Assembly (NCBI GenBank): GCA_004431415.1
Contig: QPMI01000629.1
Location: 79,448-143,447, forward strand
Direction of reading: 5' to 3'
From: Cyanophora paradoxa CCMP329
Taxonomy: Eukaryota > Plantae > Glaucophyta
Length of the DNA stretch: 64,000 nt
Within the stretch, counting starts at the first letter, position 1. Every line of letters starts with the position of its first letter. The notes under the pieces were generated by a model. It did not search any database, was not told where the DNA came from, and worked only from the letters and a program-made list of their open reading frames with translations. This document shows positions 36,607 to 48,870 of this stretch, piece after piece. Both the position numbers and the translations under genes were made by a program.

Positions 36607-39600
36607 TCAGACGGCGGAATCGGCGCCCGAGGGGCGCGGCGCTTGCGACGAGCTCGAGGCGCGCGCGAGGGGCGCCTGGGCGACGGCCGGGCGCTGGGCG
36701 CCGGGCTCGCCCTCGGGCGCCCCGGCGGCCTTGCGCTTCGCGCTCGAGGAGCCCGCCGCGTCGGGCGGCGCGGCGGGAGCCTCTCCGGATTCGTTGATGT
36801 GCCCGGCTTCTGCGCACGACGGCGGGGCGGGTCGGAGGGGGCCCAGAGCGCGGAGGCCGCGCGGGCGCCGCGGCGCGGACCTTGAGGAGCGGCCGCCGCC
36901 GCCTGCGTGGACGTGACCGCATCCGCGGCGGGCCGGCGGTCCGCCGCGCCGAGCTTGAAAGCGGCCTCGCACTGCTTGAGAGAGTCCGAGTGCATCTCCT
37001 TTACTGTACCCTCGCGGACCGCCTGTTCGAGCGTGCCGTAATCGATGTCGAAGGGCCTGCGCGCGCGTTTCGGCCCGATTCACGGCGGCCGTCGCGCGGA
37101 GCGGAGCGGGAGGCGCTGCGCGCACTTTTTCTTCGGGAGGATCTGCGTGAACACCTCTTCGAAGACTTGGTACGTGAAGCCCCCCGAGATGGCGTCGGAC
37201 GCGAGCTTGTTGACGTTCTCTCTCGCGCTGCACTCGGGCAGGAAAACTCTGCCCAGCGCCTCCGGCACGCCCGTTCCCCCAAGCCGCCTGAGCTCCCGGT
37301 GGTATCGATCGATGGCCTCGCGCTCCAGCTCGTTGATGAAGCTCAGGATGAACATGCGCCGCTGCTCGGCGTCGGGCGGGCGGATGTAGACGCTGCGGCA
37401 AGCCCCGGATGTCAGATCTAGAGGGCGGAATGCCGCGCGGCGGAGGCCTCGGGTTGGGGGTACGGCGCACTGCTTGGGGAACCGACGGTAGAATTTTCCC
37501 TCCAGATTCAAGGGGTAGTTTGTCGCCGCGATCAAGACGGGCCCGCCGCCCGCGGCGCCAGCCTTGCGACGTGCCCTGAGGTCACGTGCCAGCGCGGACA
37601 TACCTTTCGCGCACTGCGGGCGGGCCGCGGGCGGGGCACGGTGAGCTCTGGGGCGGGGCGCGTCGCCGATCGCGACGACCCTCGGGACGTGCACCTGATC
37701 GGAGATGTTCTTGTGAAACTTGTCCCCGTTGCCGGACGCGCCGGCCTTCGGGAAGAGCGTGTCGACTTCGCTGCGGGGCCGGGCGGGGCCGGCGCGTCGG
37801 ACGGCCGCGGGGCACGGGCGTGGCCATGGAGTGGCGCGGGCCGAAGCGCACTCGCACAGGAAGACGACGTCCGGGAAGTGCTTGAGAAAGGCGAAGAACG
37901 CCTTGACGATGTTCTCAGACTCGCCGTACTGCGCATGCGGGGCAACGTCGGCGGCGGCGCGTGGGGCCGAAGGTTCCCGGAGCGCGCACATATTTGCTGG
38001 TTTGAGTGTGGTCGTACTCCAGGAGCGCAAAGTTCAGCCTCCGCGCGAGCTCGCTCGCAAACTCCGTCTTCCCCGTCCCCTGCAGCGGCCCGGCTGGTTA
38101 GGAGCGGCGAGGGGCGAGGAAGGAAGCGACGCCGGCGGGCGCGCGCACGGGCGGGCCGTAGAGGAGAATCCCGTCCGGGGCTTTTTGGCGGAGTCGGGGA
38201 CGTGGGGTCCCGGCGCCGGCAGGATCATCGCCGAGGTATGCGTAGGCGCTCCTCAGCTCGTCGAAGAGGTCCGCCCGCCCGACTGGCGGGGCGTTCAGCG
38301 ACGGCGTCGTGTCCCGAACGCGACGGGCGCAGGGGATGCGTACCGTATTCACGTGCCGTCTGCTGCACGACGTCGGCGGACTTGAAGGCCGCGAGGATGG
38401 ACTCTCTGGCGAGCGTCCGCACATCGGCCTGCCCGATCACCTGCACCGCCTTTTCCAGCGCCGCCTCGAGTGCCGCTTCGCTAGACGCACGAAGGCGTGA
38501 GACCGCGCGGGGGCGGCGAGGGGCGCCCGCGGCTGGCGGGCGCGCGGGGCGAGGCACCTGCCACTGGGTCCCGGAGTGAAGAGCGCGCTCTCCGGGTCGA
38601 GGACGGGGAGGTCGCCGTCGAGGAGAAACTCGAGCGACTCGCCGTCGCCCTGCAGCCTCTTGTCCCCCCGTAGACGCAGCTCCACGAGGCGCTCCCGGGC
38701 CGCATCGATGAGAGCCTTGGCCTCCGCCAGCGCCCGCGCCTTTGTGCGCTTGTTCCCGTTCTCCTGTTTCCCCGCCGGGCCAGCGGCGGCCGGCGCCGCG
38801 TCCCCCGCCGAGGGGCTGGCGGCGGGCGCCGCATCCCCCGCCCCCACCGGAGGGCAGGCGGCGGGCGCCGCGTCCCCTGCCTCAGCCGCGGGGCCCGGGG
38901 CCGGCGCCGCGTCCCCTGCCTCAGCCGCGGGGCCCGGGCCCGGCGCCGCGTCCCCTGCCTCAGCCGAGGGGCCCGGGGCCGGCGCCGCGTCCCCTGCCTC
39001 AGCCGCGGGCCCGGGCCCGGCGCCGCGTCCCCTGCCTCAGCCGAGGGGCCCGGGGCCGGCGCCGCGTCCCCTGCCTCAGCCGCGGGGCCCGGCCCGGCGC
39101 CGCGTCCCCTGCCTCAGCCGAGGGCCCGGGCCGGCGCCGCGTCCCCTGCCTCAGCCGCGGGGCCCGGGCCCGGCGCCGCGTCCCTGCCTCAGCCGAGGGG
39201 CCCGGGGCCGGCGCCGCGTCCCCCGCCGAGGGCCTGGCGGCGGGGGCCGCATCCCCGCCCCCGCCGTCGCCGCAGGCGGGACAGCCGTCGCTTCGGGCGA
39301 TTCCAGCTCCCGCTTGGCGAGGGCCGCCTGCCCAAGGGAGCGGGAAGGGTCGTTGAGACGCTTGATGTGCTTTCGGGTCGTGTAGGGGCCGATCTGCCGC
39401 AGGGCAGGGAACGCACGCAGCGCCTCGCCGATGTTGCGCATCCTCCGAAGCTGCGGCGCGGGCGCGGGCGGGATTGGCGGCCGGAAAGAAGGGGAGGGGG
39501 AAGGGGGGGGGGGGACGGGAGGGGGGGGGAGGGGAGGGGGGGGGGGGGAGGGGGGGGAGGGGGGGGAGGGGGGGTTCTGCACGGGCGGACCGCGTCGGCG

Positions 39601-41351
39601 AGGTTCTTCGCGCCGGTCCGGTCCTCCTTCCGCTCCCCCGCCTCGAGGTCCTGGTCGGCCTTGCGGGAGATGGTGTTGTCGCGGAACTGCTGCACGCTAC
39701 CATTCGTCTCGAGCGTGAGCAGCTCCGCAAAGTCGAACGCGAGCTTGGGGGCCTCCGGATCGCCGGGATCCTTGAGGTTCTCCAACTTGGGGTCTCCCGG
39801 ATCAGCCTTCTCCCGCATGTTCATCTCGACGATGTTGTTGATCTTCTCGCTCTTCACCTTCTCGGCCACCTCGAACGAGAATGCGGCCTTGCGCTTCCCC
39901 TTGGAGTCGCTCGCTAGCTTTGCGCCAATCCGCCGGCCCTCGGACTCGCAGAAGAGCGCGATGTACTGCGGGACGGTGCGTATGCGCCATCAGCGTCGAT
40001 CGCGGCGGCCGGGGCGGGGCGGGCCGGGCGGGCGCGCGGTGGTGGGGACGCGGAGCGGACCTGGCATGCGATGACAAAGGCGCCGGTGCGCTCCTGCTCG
40101 GAGACTTGGAGGATGCGCTGGGTGTTCAGCATGTACGGATCGAGCTCCCTGTACCGTGACGCGACGTTCTTGATGTGCGAGATCACGTCCGTCGGAGCGT
40201 AGAGGTTCCGGGCCCCCGCGGGGCGCTCGCCGACTCTGACAAGGGTCCCCTCGCGGGGACCGAGGCCACTCCGGCGATCGCTCGGCCCCGCCCCCTCCTC
40301 GCCCGCGCCCGGCGCCGCCGCGTGCATGCCCGGCGCGGCGGCCGCGCCGGGGGCCCCATCCGGAGCCGCCGATGCCACGCTGGCGGCGACGGCGCCGGCG
40401 GCCGGAGGCGACGGGTTGGGCTGCTCATTCTTGTAGCTGTAGGCGTCCCTCCAGCCCTCGAGGAGGTTGTCGACGATCTTCTCCGCCTTTTCCGCCATGC
40501 GCTTCTTCAGGAGCTCGCTCTCGTCGCCTCCGCCGCCCGAGCTCGGCGGCTTGCCGCTCCTGGAGTTCTTCTTTTTCTTCTTCTCGCCGTCGCCGTCCTC
40601 CTCGCTGCTGCTGCTGCTGCTGCCCTCTGCGTCTTCATCCGGATCCTTGTCCGAACCGCTGGCGCTGGATTCGTTGTCATTGGACGAATTCGGAGCGCCC
40701 TTGTTTCTGATCTTGTCCTCGAGCGCTGCCTGGTTGTTCACGCCGTTGGGCGTGGACAGAGCGCGATCCTTGAACAGCTTCCACTGCGCCTCCTGCTCCT
40801 TCCTCTTCTTCTTCGGCGGCTCCGTCTTCGCCGCCTCCGCGTCGTAGCACTCCACAAACTTTGCGTGGGTGTTCTCCACCTTTTCGAGCCCCGTGCGCCG
40901 GCAGCTGCGCGCGGCGCCGAGCGGTCGGCGCGGGCCCCGACCTGGTAGCGCGGGGGCTCGTGGGGGGCGTGTGCACCATTCACCCACGGCTCTCTTGTAT
41001 TTGGCAAATTGCCTTATCGAGGAGAAGCAGAAGATACAGAGCCTGAGGCGCTTGGGGCACGTCGCCTCGCACAGCGAGACTGGGAGGATCCAGGCTTTCT
41101 TGCACCCCGTACAGATGCCGCGGCCGCGGGGGGCCTCTGCGCAGAGGCGCGCGCGCCTGTCAGGGTCCGCGCGCGGCGGCCGCGGGCGAGGCCTAGGGGC
41201 GACCGCGGAGCGCACGGGAGGCTCCAGGTTTGGGTTTCTCGGCGTCAACTTGGGGACCTTCGCGCTCGCGGGCCGCTGGCGCCTCTTTGCGCCCGGGATC
41301 CTCCGGATTCGTCCCCTCGCCGTGCTTGGCGGTCTTGCCCTCGCCGCTCAT
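36607..41351 (-). CDS. Multi-exon gene with an N-terminal Cys-rich region, charged low-complexity middle and a C-terminal classical-clade AAA+ ATPase (CDC48/Vps4/katanin-like); may be two genes
   Basis: Spliced Walker A GILLYGPP|GTGKTEFA (~38175-38060), SKY|YGESE pore loop, Walker B VVFLCDE.VD, and VLIAATNYP..FYRRF (sensor 1/Arg finger). N-terminal CTGC..CEATC..CIFC. Many short GC-rich introns. Confidence 0.75.
38785..39262. repeat. ~36-bp coding minisatellite (DAAPAPGPSAEAG-like on the minus strand)
   Basis: GGCGCCGCGTCCCCTGCCTCAGCCG(A/C)GGGGCCCGGG repeated ~12 times inside the AAA gene. Confidence 0.85.
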
Positions 41352-41647
41352 GATCGTCGAGCACCGGCCGTCGGCGCGCGCAGCCGCAGCTGCAGGCTGC
41401 AAATGCGGTGATGAGCGCTAGTACGCGTACGGCGTGGCGCACAGCGGCCGGCGGCGCGGCTACCGTAGTACCGGGGTAGGGCCGCTAGGCTAGCTATCAT
41501 AGACTAAGATTCGAATTCATAGTACTACGGTACATAGCTAGGTCACAGCCTAGGTGTGTGCACGTGTGGGCGTATCGCTAATTTTGCGGGGTAATATAAG
41601 GCTGCTTCTCATCCGCTAGCCTGAGCTAGGGAATTATGGTGGAGCCG

Positions 41648-41689
41648 GAAATTAGTGGACTGAGTCAAGATTTTCAGTCCACTAATTTC
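41648..41689. other. Perfect 16-bp hairpin with a 10-nt loop
   Basis: GAAATTAGTGGACTGA-gtcaagattt-TCAGTCCACTAATTTC. Confidence 0.9.
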
Positions 41690-43884
41690 TGGGTTGGGTA
41701 CCGGTGCTGCATCACGGCCCTGCATGCGTACGTACGTACGTACGCCCACGTATACGAACGAAATTTTGCAACAGAATTCGAAATAAAAACCTTTGCACCG
41801 CATGGGTACTGCGTATACCGCACTACGTATACCGCGTCGTGTGATCATGCCTGAGTCGGCGTGACTCTCGTGGTGACTCACTGCAGCTGGCTCACTGCCA
41901 GCTAGAGTCACTGGTGAGTCGCGTCGCGTATACGTACTACAGTATACCAGGTCACAGCTCGCGGAAAAAAGGCGCATAGGCCGGTCTAGGACTTTAATTT
42001 CTCCCAGTGAAGATTTTCTCGCGAGCTCCAGCCATTGGATGAAAAAGTTTCATTTGCGTACCCCAAACCTTCGTTCGCGCTCGTTCAACATGAAAGCTGC
42101 GCACAAAGCACTTCGTACCCACGCCTTCTTGCAGAGTCAGCGCCGCAGCGGAGAAAGCTGGTCGCCCCGCCGGCTTTCAGCAGCCTCCTTAGGTCCAGTG
42201 AGCTTCAGGGAAGCGGCGAAGGCGGCCCCAGGTGGCGGCAGTCCGCGGCGGCACTTTTGAGCGCGGAACAGGACCTGTTGACCGCCCACTCTCTTCCCAC
42301 GCATCGAAGGCAGGTTCTGTATTCACTCTGATGCACTAGGACGCGTCCCGGGCTCTGGCGGTTCCTCACCGGACTCGCAACCGCAGTGGCACCTCCTTCA
42401 CAGGCACGCCTCCACGCACGCTACGCGTATACTATGCAAGCTAACGATCATGCGGGTGCGTGTCTGCACGCGCCGCGCGCTGCCCAGCTGATGCGATGAG
42501 GTCGCTCCCCGCCGTGTGCAGTTGTCTCCCAAAGTGCCAGAGCCGGGCCTCAGCGTAAACGAGTGGATGCTACTCAAGCTACATAAGCTGTAGGCGAGCG
42601 AAGAAGGGTCGCTCAACAGCTCCAGTTCCGCGCTAATCGAAAACGCGTTTGCAGGTCTCCCTAGTCCTTGGCCGCCCGACGACGGGGGCCTCGCCCGCCG
42701 GCTGCGCATCGTCGTTTCACGATGTACAGGTGCTATACTTCCTTTCCGCTCTCTTCTGCGACCATTTCGCCGCCGCCTGATCGACCACCACCACCACCAC
42801 AGGCGCGGTCCTTCACCTCGGCGGCAGCCCTGGGCGGGAATGACACGCAGCGGCATTCCGAGGCGTACGCAAGTGTGTTTTATAGCTTCTAGAACACCCC
42901 ACGCCCCTTCCCCTTCGATGTGGCGCTCGCCCATGTCGCCCGTGTGCAAGGCACCTCGCTGTCTCTCGCCGCGCGGGCGGGGCGTGGGCGGCACTCCTTC
43001 TGGGCATGTGAGGGCGTTGTACTGCATGCATAAGGGTGGGAAAGCGCACACAACAAGACGAGCGGTGCCGGGGCGGCGAAACCGCGCCGGATGGGCGGAA
43101 GCCGCGATTCGAACAACCGGGACCGATCCAGCGGCAGTCCTGGCGCCTGGCCCGCTCTATAGCTCGGGACATACATCTAAAGCACGGTGAGAGCGTTGAC
43201 GGAAGACGCGCGCCGCAGGATGGCTTTCGAGGAGCGTTTGTCTGCGGCGGGCGGCGGCAAGCGAGCGAGAGCGTCGCATATACATCCCAAGCGCGCGGAG
43301 AGCGCGGAGGCCGAGCGCTGGAGCGAGCGGAGCGAGCTAGCCGGGCGGCAAGTTTGGGCGAACGAAGGCTTTAGCGGGGGTAGCGCTAGCTAGTTGCACG
43401 TGGCTCACGTGCGCTGAGCCAATCCGATTTGCAGGAAGCACCGGATCGCGTTTCTATTGGCCGACTCGGAATATATATATTCGGCAATTCCCTTGACTTA
43501 AAGTCTTGGTATATTTGGGGGGCCCTATATCGTGACTCAACGAGTAACACCGAACGGTCGCCCTTTTTTCCGCGAGCTGTGGGTAGTCCGAGTCCGTGCG
43601 TGACGCGACGTCGACGTCGCGACTCGCGAGTCGCGATCGACTAACATGCACATGCATGCATATGCATATGTACATATTTTAACGTTCATCCAGATTCATG
43701 ACCGTACGCCGGTCCACTCAAATTAATAATTTTTATATCCGTACGCGTGACGCGTCGATCGACTTATATAATGTTATATATATACACGTATCAATATCAT
43801 AGCGCTAGCATATCCATACGCGTACGTCGACGTCCATCGCGCAAATGAATGTGACTAAAATTAATTCAGTGTACATGTTAATTT

Positions 43885-44560
43885 TATAACTGAAACTCTA
43901 CGCCACCGCAGCGGTGCGACGTTCGTGCAAGAATCAACGCCACGTTCCACGGTTCGGGCCGCTGAATTAATCGGGCGCCGAGCATCGCGGGCGATCTGAC
44001 GCCACTCACTGAGTCAGGCTGCCTCGCGTTAAACTCGACGCCATAGAGCAGCAGCTTCCAAGTCGGCGACGCTCGTGTGTGATCCAACGCTACGGTGCGG
44101 GGCGCCAAAAGCGGCGGATCCAACGCCACTGCATTGCGTTAAACTGGACGCTACGATTCGGGCGCCGAGCATCGCGGGAGATTCAACGCCACTGCCTCGC
44201 ATTAAACTCGGCAATGATCGTGTGAAATCCAACGCTACGGACCGCCAACGGTGCGGGGCGCCAAGAGGGGAGGATTCAACGCCACTGCAATGCGACTGTA
44301 TTGCGTTAAACTGGACGCCACGGTACGGGCGCCAAGCCCCGCGGGGGATCCAATGCCACTGCTTCGCGTTAAACTTGACGCCATATTGCAGCTAGCGTTT
44401 CCCAATTGCAAGCTCAACCTCGTGTGATCATGAGATCTAACGCTACGGTGCGTGGCGTCAAGCCGCGGGGGATAAAACGCCACTGCATTGCGTTTGACTC
44501 GACGCCATATTCAATGACTGCAGCTTGGCGACGCTCGTACAAGATCCAACGCTACGCGTA
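43885..44560. repeat. Degenerate short-period array (CAACGCCACTG / GTTAAACT.GACGC motifs)
   Basis: TCCAACGC(C/T)AC and GCGTTAAACT(C/G/T)GACGC recur about 10 and 5 times respectively, at ~25-65-bp spacing. Confidence 0.65.
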
Positions 44561-45574
44561 TACGTACGTATACGCGTGCATGGTAAACGTATGCATAGCA
44601 TTGCATACCCGCCGGCGCCGGGCCGGTATACCGTACGTTGGCCGGTAGTACCGGTGCGGCCCGGGCGCCGGGCGCCGCGGGCCACGGTAACTAGAACGTT
44701 GACGTCGACGTTCACGTTGTCGCAGTTGCAATGGGGTACAGCTGGTCTCGAGGAAAAAAAACAACGACTTGCAGCAGCAGCAGCAGCCGGCGAGCCGGGC
44801 ACGGATCGACTCCCATCATCCTCGCACACCACCACGCATCCCAGCTTGCCCAGCAGCGTGTACGCGCACTCGCGGAGTAGCCCGGCCGATCGGCCAGTGT
44901 GCGATCAACGTCGAGGCGCGCCGCGGTACCGGTTTCTAGCACAGATCAAAGAGATGCCGCACGCGAGCCGCGCCACTGAGCGGTCCGTGTCGTCGGGGGA
45001 TTGTCCGAGCGTGCGCGCTCCGAGGTTCGCCCCGCCCGCTCTCGCCTCGGACAGCCGGGACAGGTCGCCGGGCACGGGCGCTCTTCTGACGCTCGGCGGA
45101 ACCTCGGGGATCACGCAGACTATCTACTGAAGCTCCGCGGGGATCCCTTGCGCCCTCGTTGACGTGTGCGTCGCCGCCGGCCTCCGGACGCGTTGGTTGA
45201 CCTGACCTCGTCGCGCAGCGCTCTCAGGAGCGTGATCGAGCACCGTGCACCAAAGTCCGCGCCTCTTGACACGCCTGGGACGCGCCGCCGCGACGGGTTC
45301 GCTCCCCGCCCGCTCCCGGCCTCGCGCTCTCGATCCCGATCGGGCGCCTCGCGCGACGCGTCGGCGGCAGGCCTCGTCGACGCGTCGCGACCCTTGGCCG
45401 CGCGCGTACGCGACGGAGCGGCGCCCCGGCGGCCCCGCAGAGCGCGCATACCGCCTGCAAGAAGTGTCCCCCGCGGCCGCACGGACTCTCTTGCATCGCG
45501 CGTACTTTCCCACCTCGCCTCTCGTACGAACCCTGACCGTCTTTGCAGCGGCGTGGCGCGACAGACGACCCGCC

Positions 45575-47010
45575 TCCCGTACCCCTGGCTACGGCGGCGG
45601 CAGCGAGGGGGGTAGAGGTGAGCGCGGGAGACTCCCCCCCCCCCAAGGGACCTGAGCCGCCCCCCTTCTTCCCGCCCGCAGATCCCGCTCCTTCTGGGGC
45701 GGCGGGGCGAGTCTCCACCGGCCCCCGTACCCCTGGCTACGGCGGCGGCGGCGGTGAGGGGGGTAGAGGTGCGCGCGGGAGACTCGCCGGCCCCCCCCCA
45801 AGGGACCTGAGCCGCCCCCCTTCTTCCCGCCCGCAGATCCCGCTCCTTCTGGGGCGGCGGGGCGAGTCTCCACCGGCCCCCGTACCCCTGGCTACGGCGG
45901 CGGCGGCGGCGAGGGGTAGAGGTGCGCGCGGGAGACTCGCCGGCCTCCCCCCAGGGACCTGAGCCGCGCCCCTTCTTCCCCGCCCGCAGATCCCGAGCCT
46001 TCTGGGGCGGCGGGGCGAGTCTCCACCTCCCCCGTACCCCTGGTTACGGCGGCGGCGGCGAGGGGGGTAGAGGTGAGCGCGGGAGACTCGCCGGCCTCCC
46101 CCGAGGGACCCTGACCCGCGCCCCGTCTTCCCGCCCGCAGATCCCGCCCCCTCTAGGGGCGGCGGGGCGAGTCTCCACCGCCCCCCGTACCCCTGGCCAC
46201 GGCGGCGGCGGCGAGGGGGTAGAGGTGCGCGCGGGAGACTCGCCGGCCTCCCCGAGGGACCCTGACCGCGCCCCGTCTTCCCGCCCGCAGATCCCGCCCC
46301 CTCTAGGGGCGGCGGGGCGAGTCTCCACCGGCCCCCGTACCCCTGGCTACGGAGGCGGCGGCGGGGGGGGGGGGGTAGAGGTGAGCGCGGGCGACTCGCC
46401 GCCCCTCCCCAGGGGACCCTGACTCGCGTCCTTCTTCCCGCCCGCAGATCCCGCTCCTTCTGGGGCGACGGGGCGAGTTTCCACCGGGCCCCGTACCCCT
46501 GGCTACGGCGGCGGCGGCGAAGGGGGGTAGAGGTGCGCGCGGGAGACTCGCCGGCCTCCCCCGAGGGGCCTGACCCGCGCCCCGTCTTCCCGCCCGCAGA
46601 TCCCGCTCCTTCTGGGGCGGCGGGGCGAGTCTCCACCGCCCCGTACCCCTGGCTACGGGCGGCGGCGGCGAGGGGGGTAGAGGTGAGCGTGGGAGACTCG
46701 CCGGCCTCCCCCCAGGGACCTGAGCCGCTGCCCCGTCTTCCCGCCCGCAGATCCCGAGCCTTCTGGGGCGGCGGGGCGAGTCTCCACTGGCCACCGTACC
46801 CCTGGCTACGGGCGGCGGCGGCAAGGGGGGTAGAGGTGAGCGCGGGAGACTCGCCGGCCTCCCCGAGGGACCTGACCCGCGCCCCTTCTTCCCGCCCGCA
46901 GATCCCGAGCCTTCTGGGGCGGCGGGGCGAGTCTCCACCGACCCCTGTACCCCCTGCCTACGGCGGCGGCGGCGAGGGGGGTAGAGGTGAGCGCGGGAGA
47001 CTCGCCCCGC
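45575..47010. repeat. ~152-bp tandem array (~9.5 copies); each unit holds an inverted pair GGAGACTCGCC ... GGCGAGTCTCC plus CGTACCCC
   Basis: CGTACCCC(T) at 45578, 45726, 45881, 46033, 46186, 46336, 46492, 46642, 46795 and a variant at ~46946. Confidence 0.95.
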
Positions 47011-47114
47011 CGCCCCCTGGGGCCCCGCCCCGCCCCGCCCCCCCCGCCCCTCCCCTCTCGGACTCATCGGCCCCTCAATTCGACAGGGCTGCGGGCGGAG
47101 CGCGGGGGGCGCGG

Positions 47115-47597
47115 CTACGCGCGCTGCGGGACGGGCGGCCAGCTGTAAGAGCCGAGGGCGAGGGAGAGGGCGTCGTAGGCGAGCCAGAAGCCCTCCTGCG
47201 GCTCCGGGGGCGCCGCGAAGAGGGCCCGCGGCGCCATGCGCTCCTGCGCGCGCCGGGACGCGTTGCGGGTCGACCGGTGGAGACCGAAGAGGCGGGCGGC
47301 GTGGGGGCAGCGGCTGGGCTTCAGCGTCGCGGCCGCGAGCTCCCGTGCGTGCTCGCCGCCCAGAAACTGCCTCAGCTCCTTGGCGCTCAGACGCGACAGC
47401 GCCCTGACCATCCCCTCCGTCTCCAGGTCGACGTGCAGCACCTGCCAGGGCGCGATCCGCTCCGCGGCGCGACGGGACGCGGCGCGGGTCGACTTGCGGA
47501 TGGCGACGATGGCGGCGACGGGGCAGCGGGTCACGGTCGCGGACGCGTCGTCCCCGGCCGCGGCGCGGGTCGCGACGCGAGCGGTGGTGCGGGGCAT
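47115..47597 (-). CDS. Hypothetical 160-aa intronless protein
   Basis: MPRTTARVAT..WQVLHVDLETEGMVRALSRLSAKELRQFLGG..FWLAYDALSLALG. TATAAAT lies ~60 bp upstream (47657-47651). Confidence 0.6.
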   Translation of the reverse strand: MPRTTARVATRAAAGDDASATVTRCPVAAIVAIRKSTRAASRRAAERIAPWQVLHVDLETEGMVRALSRLSAKELRQFLGGEHARELAAATLKPSRCPHAARLFGLHRSTRNASRRAQERMAPRALFAAPPEPQEGFWLAYDALSLALGSYSWPPVPQRA

Positions 47598-48034
47598 CTT
47601 GTTTCGATTCGAGAGAGAGAGAGAGTGGCACGAGGCCGGGCGCGCCCCCCATTTATACCCCCCGAGGGGCAGGGCTCGGCCCGAATCCGGGCACCCCCCC
47701 CTTTCCCTCCCCTCCTCTCCTCCCCCCGTACCCCCCATCCTGACCTGTTTCCCTCGCCCCCGCAGGTCCTTTCGTCTCCGCGCCTGGGGCCCCGCCCCGC
47801 CCGCCGCCCACCCCTCCACTCCCCCTCCCCACCCTTCTCGCCCAGGTACCCCCTCCTCGCCCCCTCCCCCCGCCTGGAGACTCGCCGCGCCCCCCGCAAA
47901 CGTCCCCGCCCTCACCCCCCCCCGCCACGCAGGCCGAGGCCGCGGTGGGTACACGGATACGTTGCCGCTGCAGGAGCGGGGGTACCCGCGCGGCTACCCC
48001 GGGCGCCCCGGTCCGCGCGCCCCGCCCTCTGCCC

Positions 48035-48675
48035 CTATCGACCGACGAGCTGAGCGTCCGGGCGCAGCGCCGATCGGGAGGGCGTCTCGGCGGACCGCGT
48101 GCACGGAAAGGAGAGGGAGGCGGGCGGCGGGGCCCCGAAGGACATCCAGTCGACGCTGGCGAATCGCCGCCGGAACGGTTCCGGCATGAAGCCCAGCGTC
48201 CCTCGGCCTCGGCGGCGAGCCGCGCGGCGTACCCCGGGTCCTCCCGGGCGAGGCGGGCGTGCTCGGCGGCGGCAAAGTAGGCGCCTCCGACGGGGCACGG
48301 CGCGCGGCACACGGGGCAGCTCGCCGCCCTCCAGCGGACCATGCAGCCGTAGCACATCACGTGACCGCACGCCTCGGAGACGGGCCGCGTCACCGGCTCG
48401 AGGCAGACGGGGCACTCGTCGGTCCAGCGGAGCGGCGACGGCGGCCCGGCGGCGCGGTTCTGGAAGCAGCGCCAGGCGATGCAGCAGGCGAGGCCAAAGT
48501 CGATGTGCCGCTCCCGCGCCGCCTCGTCCTCCTCGGGGTCGGCCCCGAGCGGCATCTCGATCGTCTCGAAGCGGATCCGGCCCTCGGGCGTCGTGCCCAC
48601 CGCCAGCGCGCAGCGCGAGACCCCCCTCTCCCGATCGTACTCGATGAGCCGGTGCGCGGGTACCCCCGCCTGCAT
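48035..48675 (-). CDS. C3HC4 RING-finger protein (putative E3 ligase), one frameshift near the 3' end
   Basis: ECPVCLEPVTRPVSEACGHVMCYGCMVRWRAASCPVCR. CTAAAAG lies ~53 bp upstream. Confidence 0.85.
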
Positions 48676-48870
48676 TTCTCCCCCGGGCTCAACGCTGACG
48701 GGGTACCCCCTCAGGTCGCCCTCTTTTAGGCTCGCCCCGCGGGGGGTACGCCCGAGGCGGCGCGGCGATTCCGGGCCCCCGTTTCGGCGCAGCCGTCGGA
48801 GACGCGATAAAAAGGGGACGGGGCGGGCCTGAATCCGCACACTCTTCGCCGAGCTCTGCACCCCGCGATC

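Noticed and set aside
37000-38500. Viral A32/FtsK-type packaging ATPase
   Set aside because: The motifs (LYGPPGTGKT, SKYYGESE, AATN, RRF) are those of classical AAA+ proteins.
42000-43400. Possible gene remnants
   Set aside because: Only short, stop-interrupted protein-like patches; no family recognisable.
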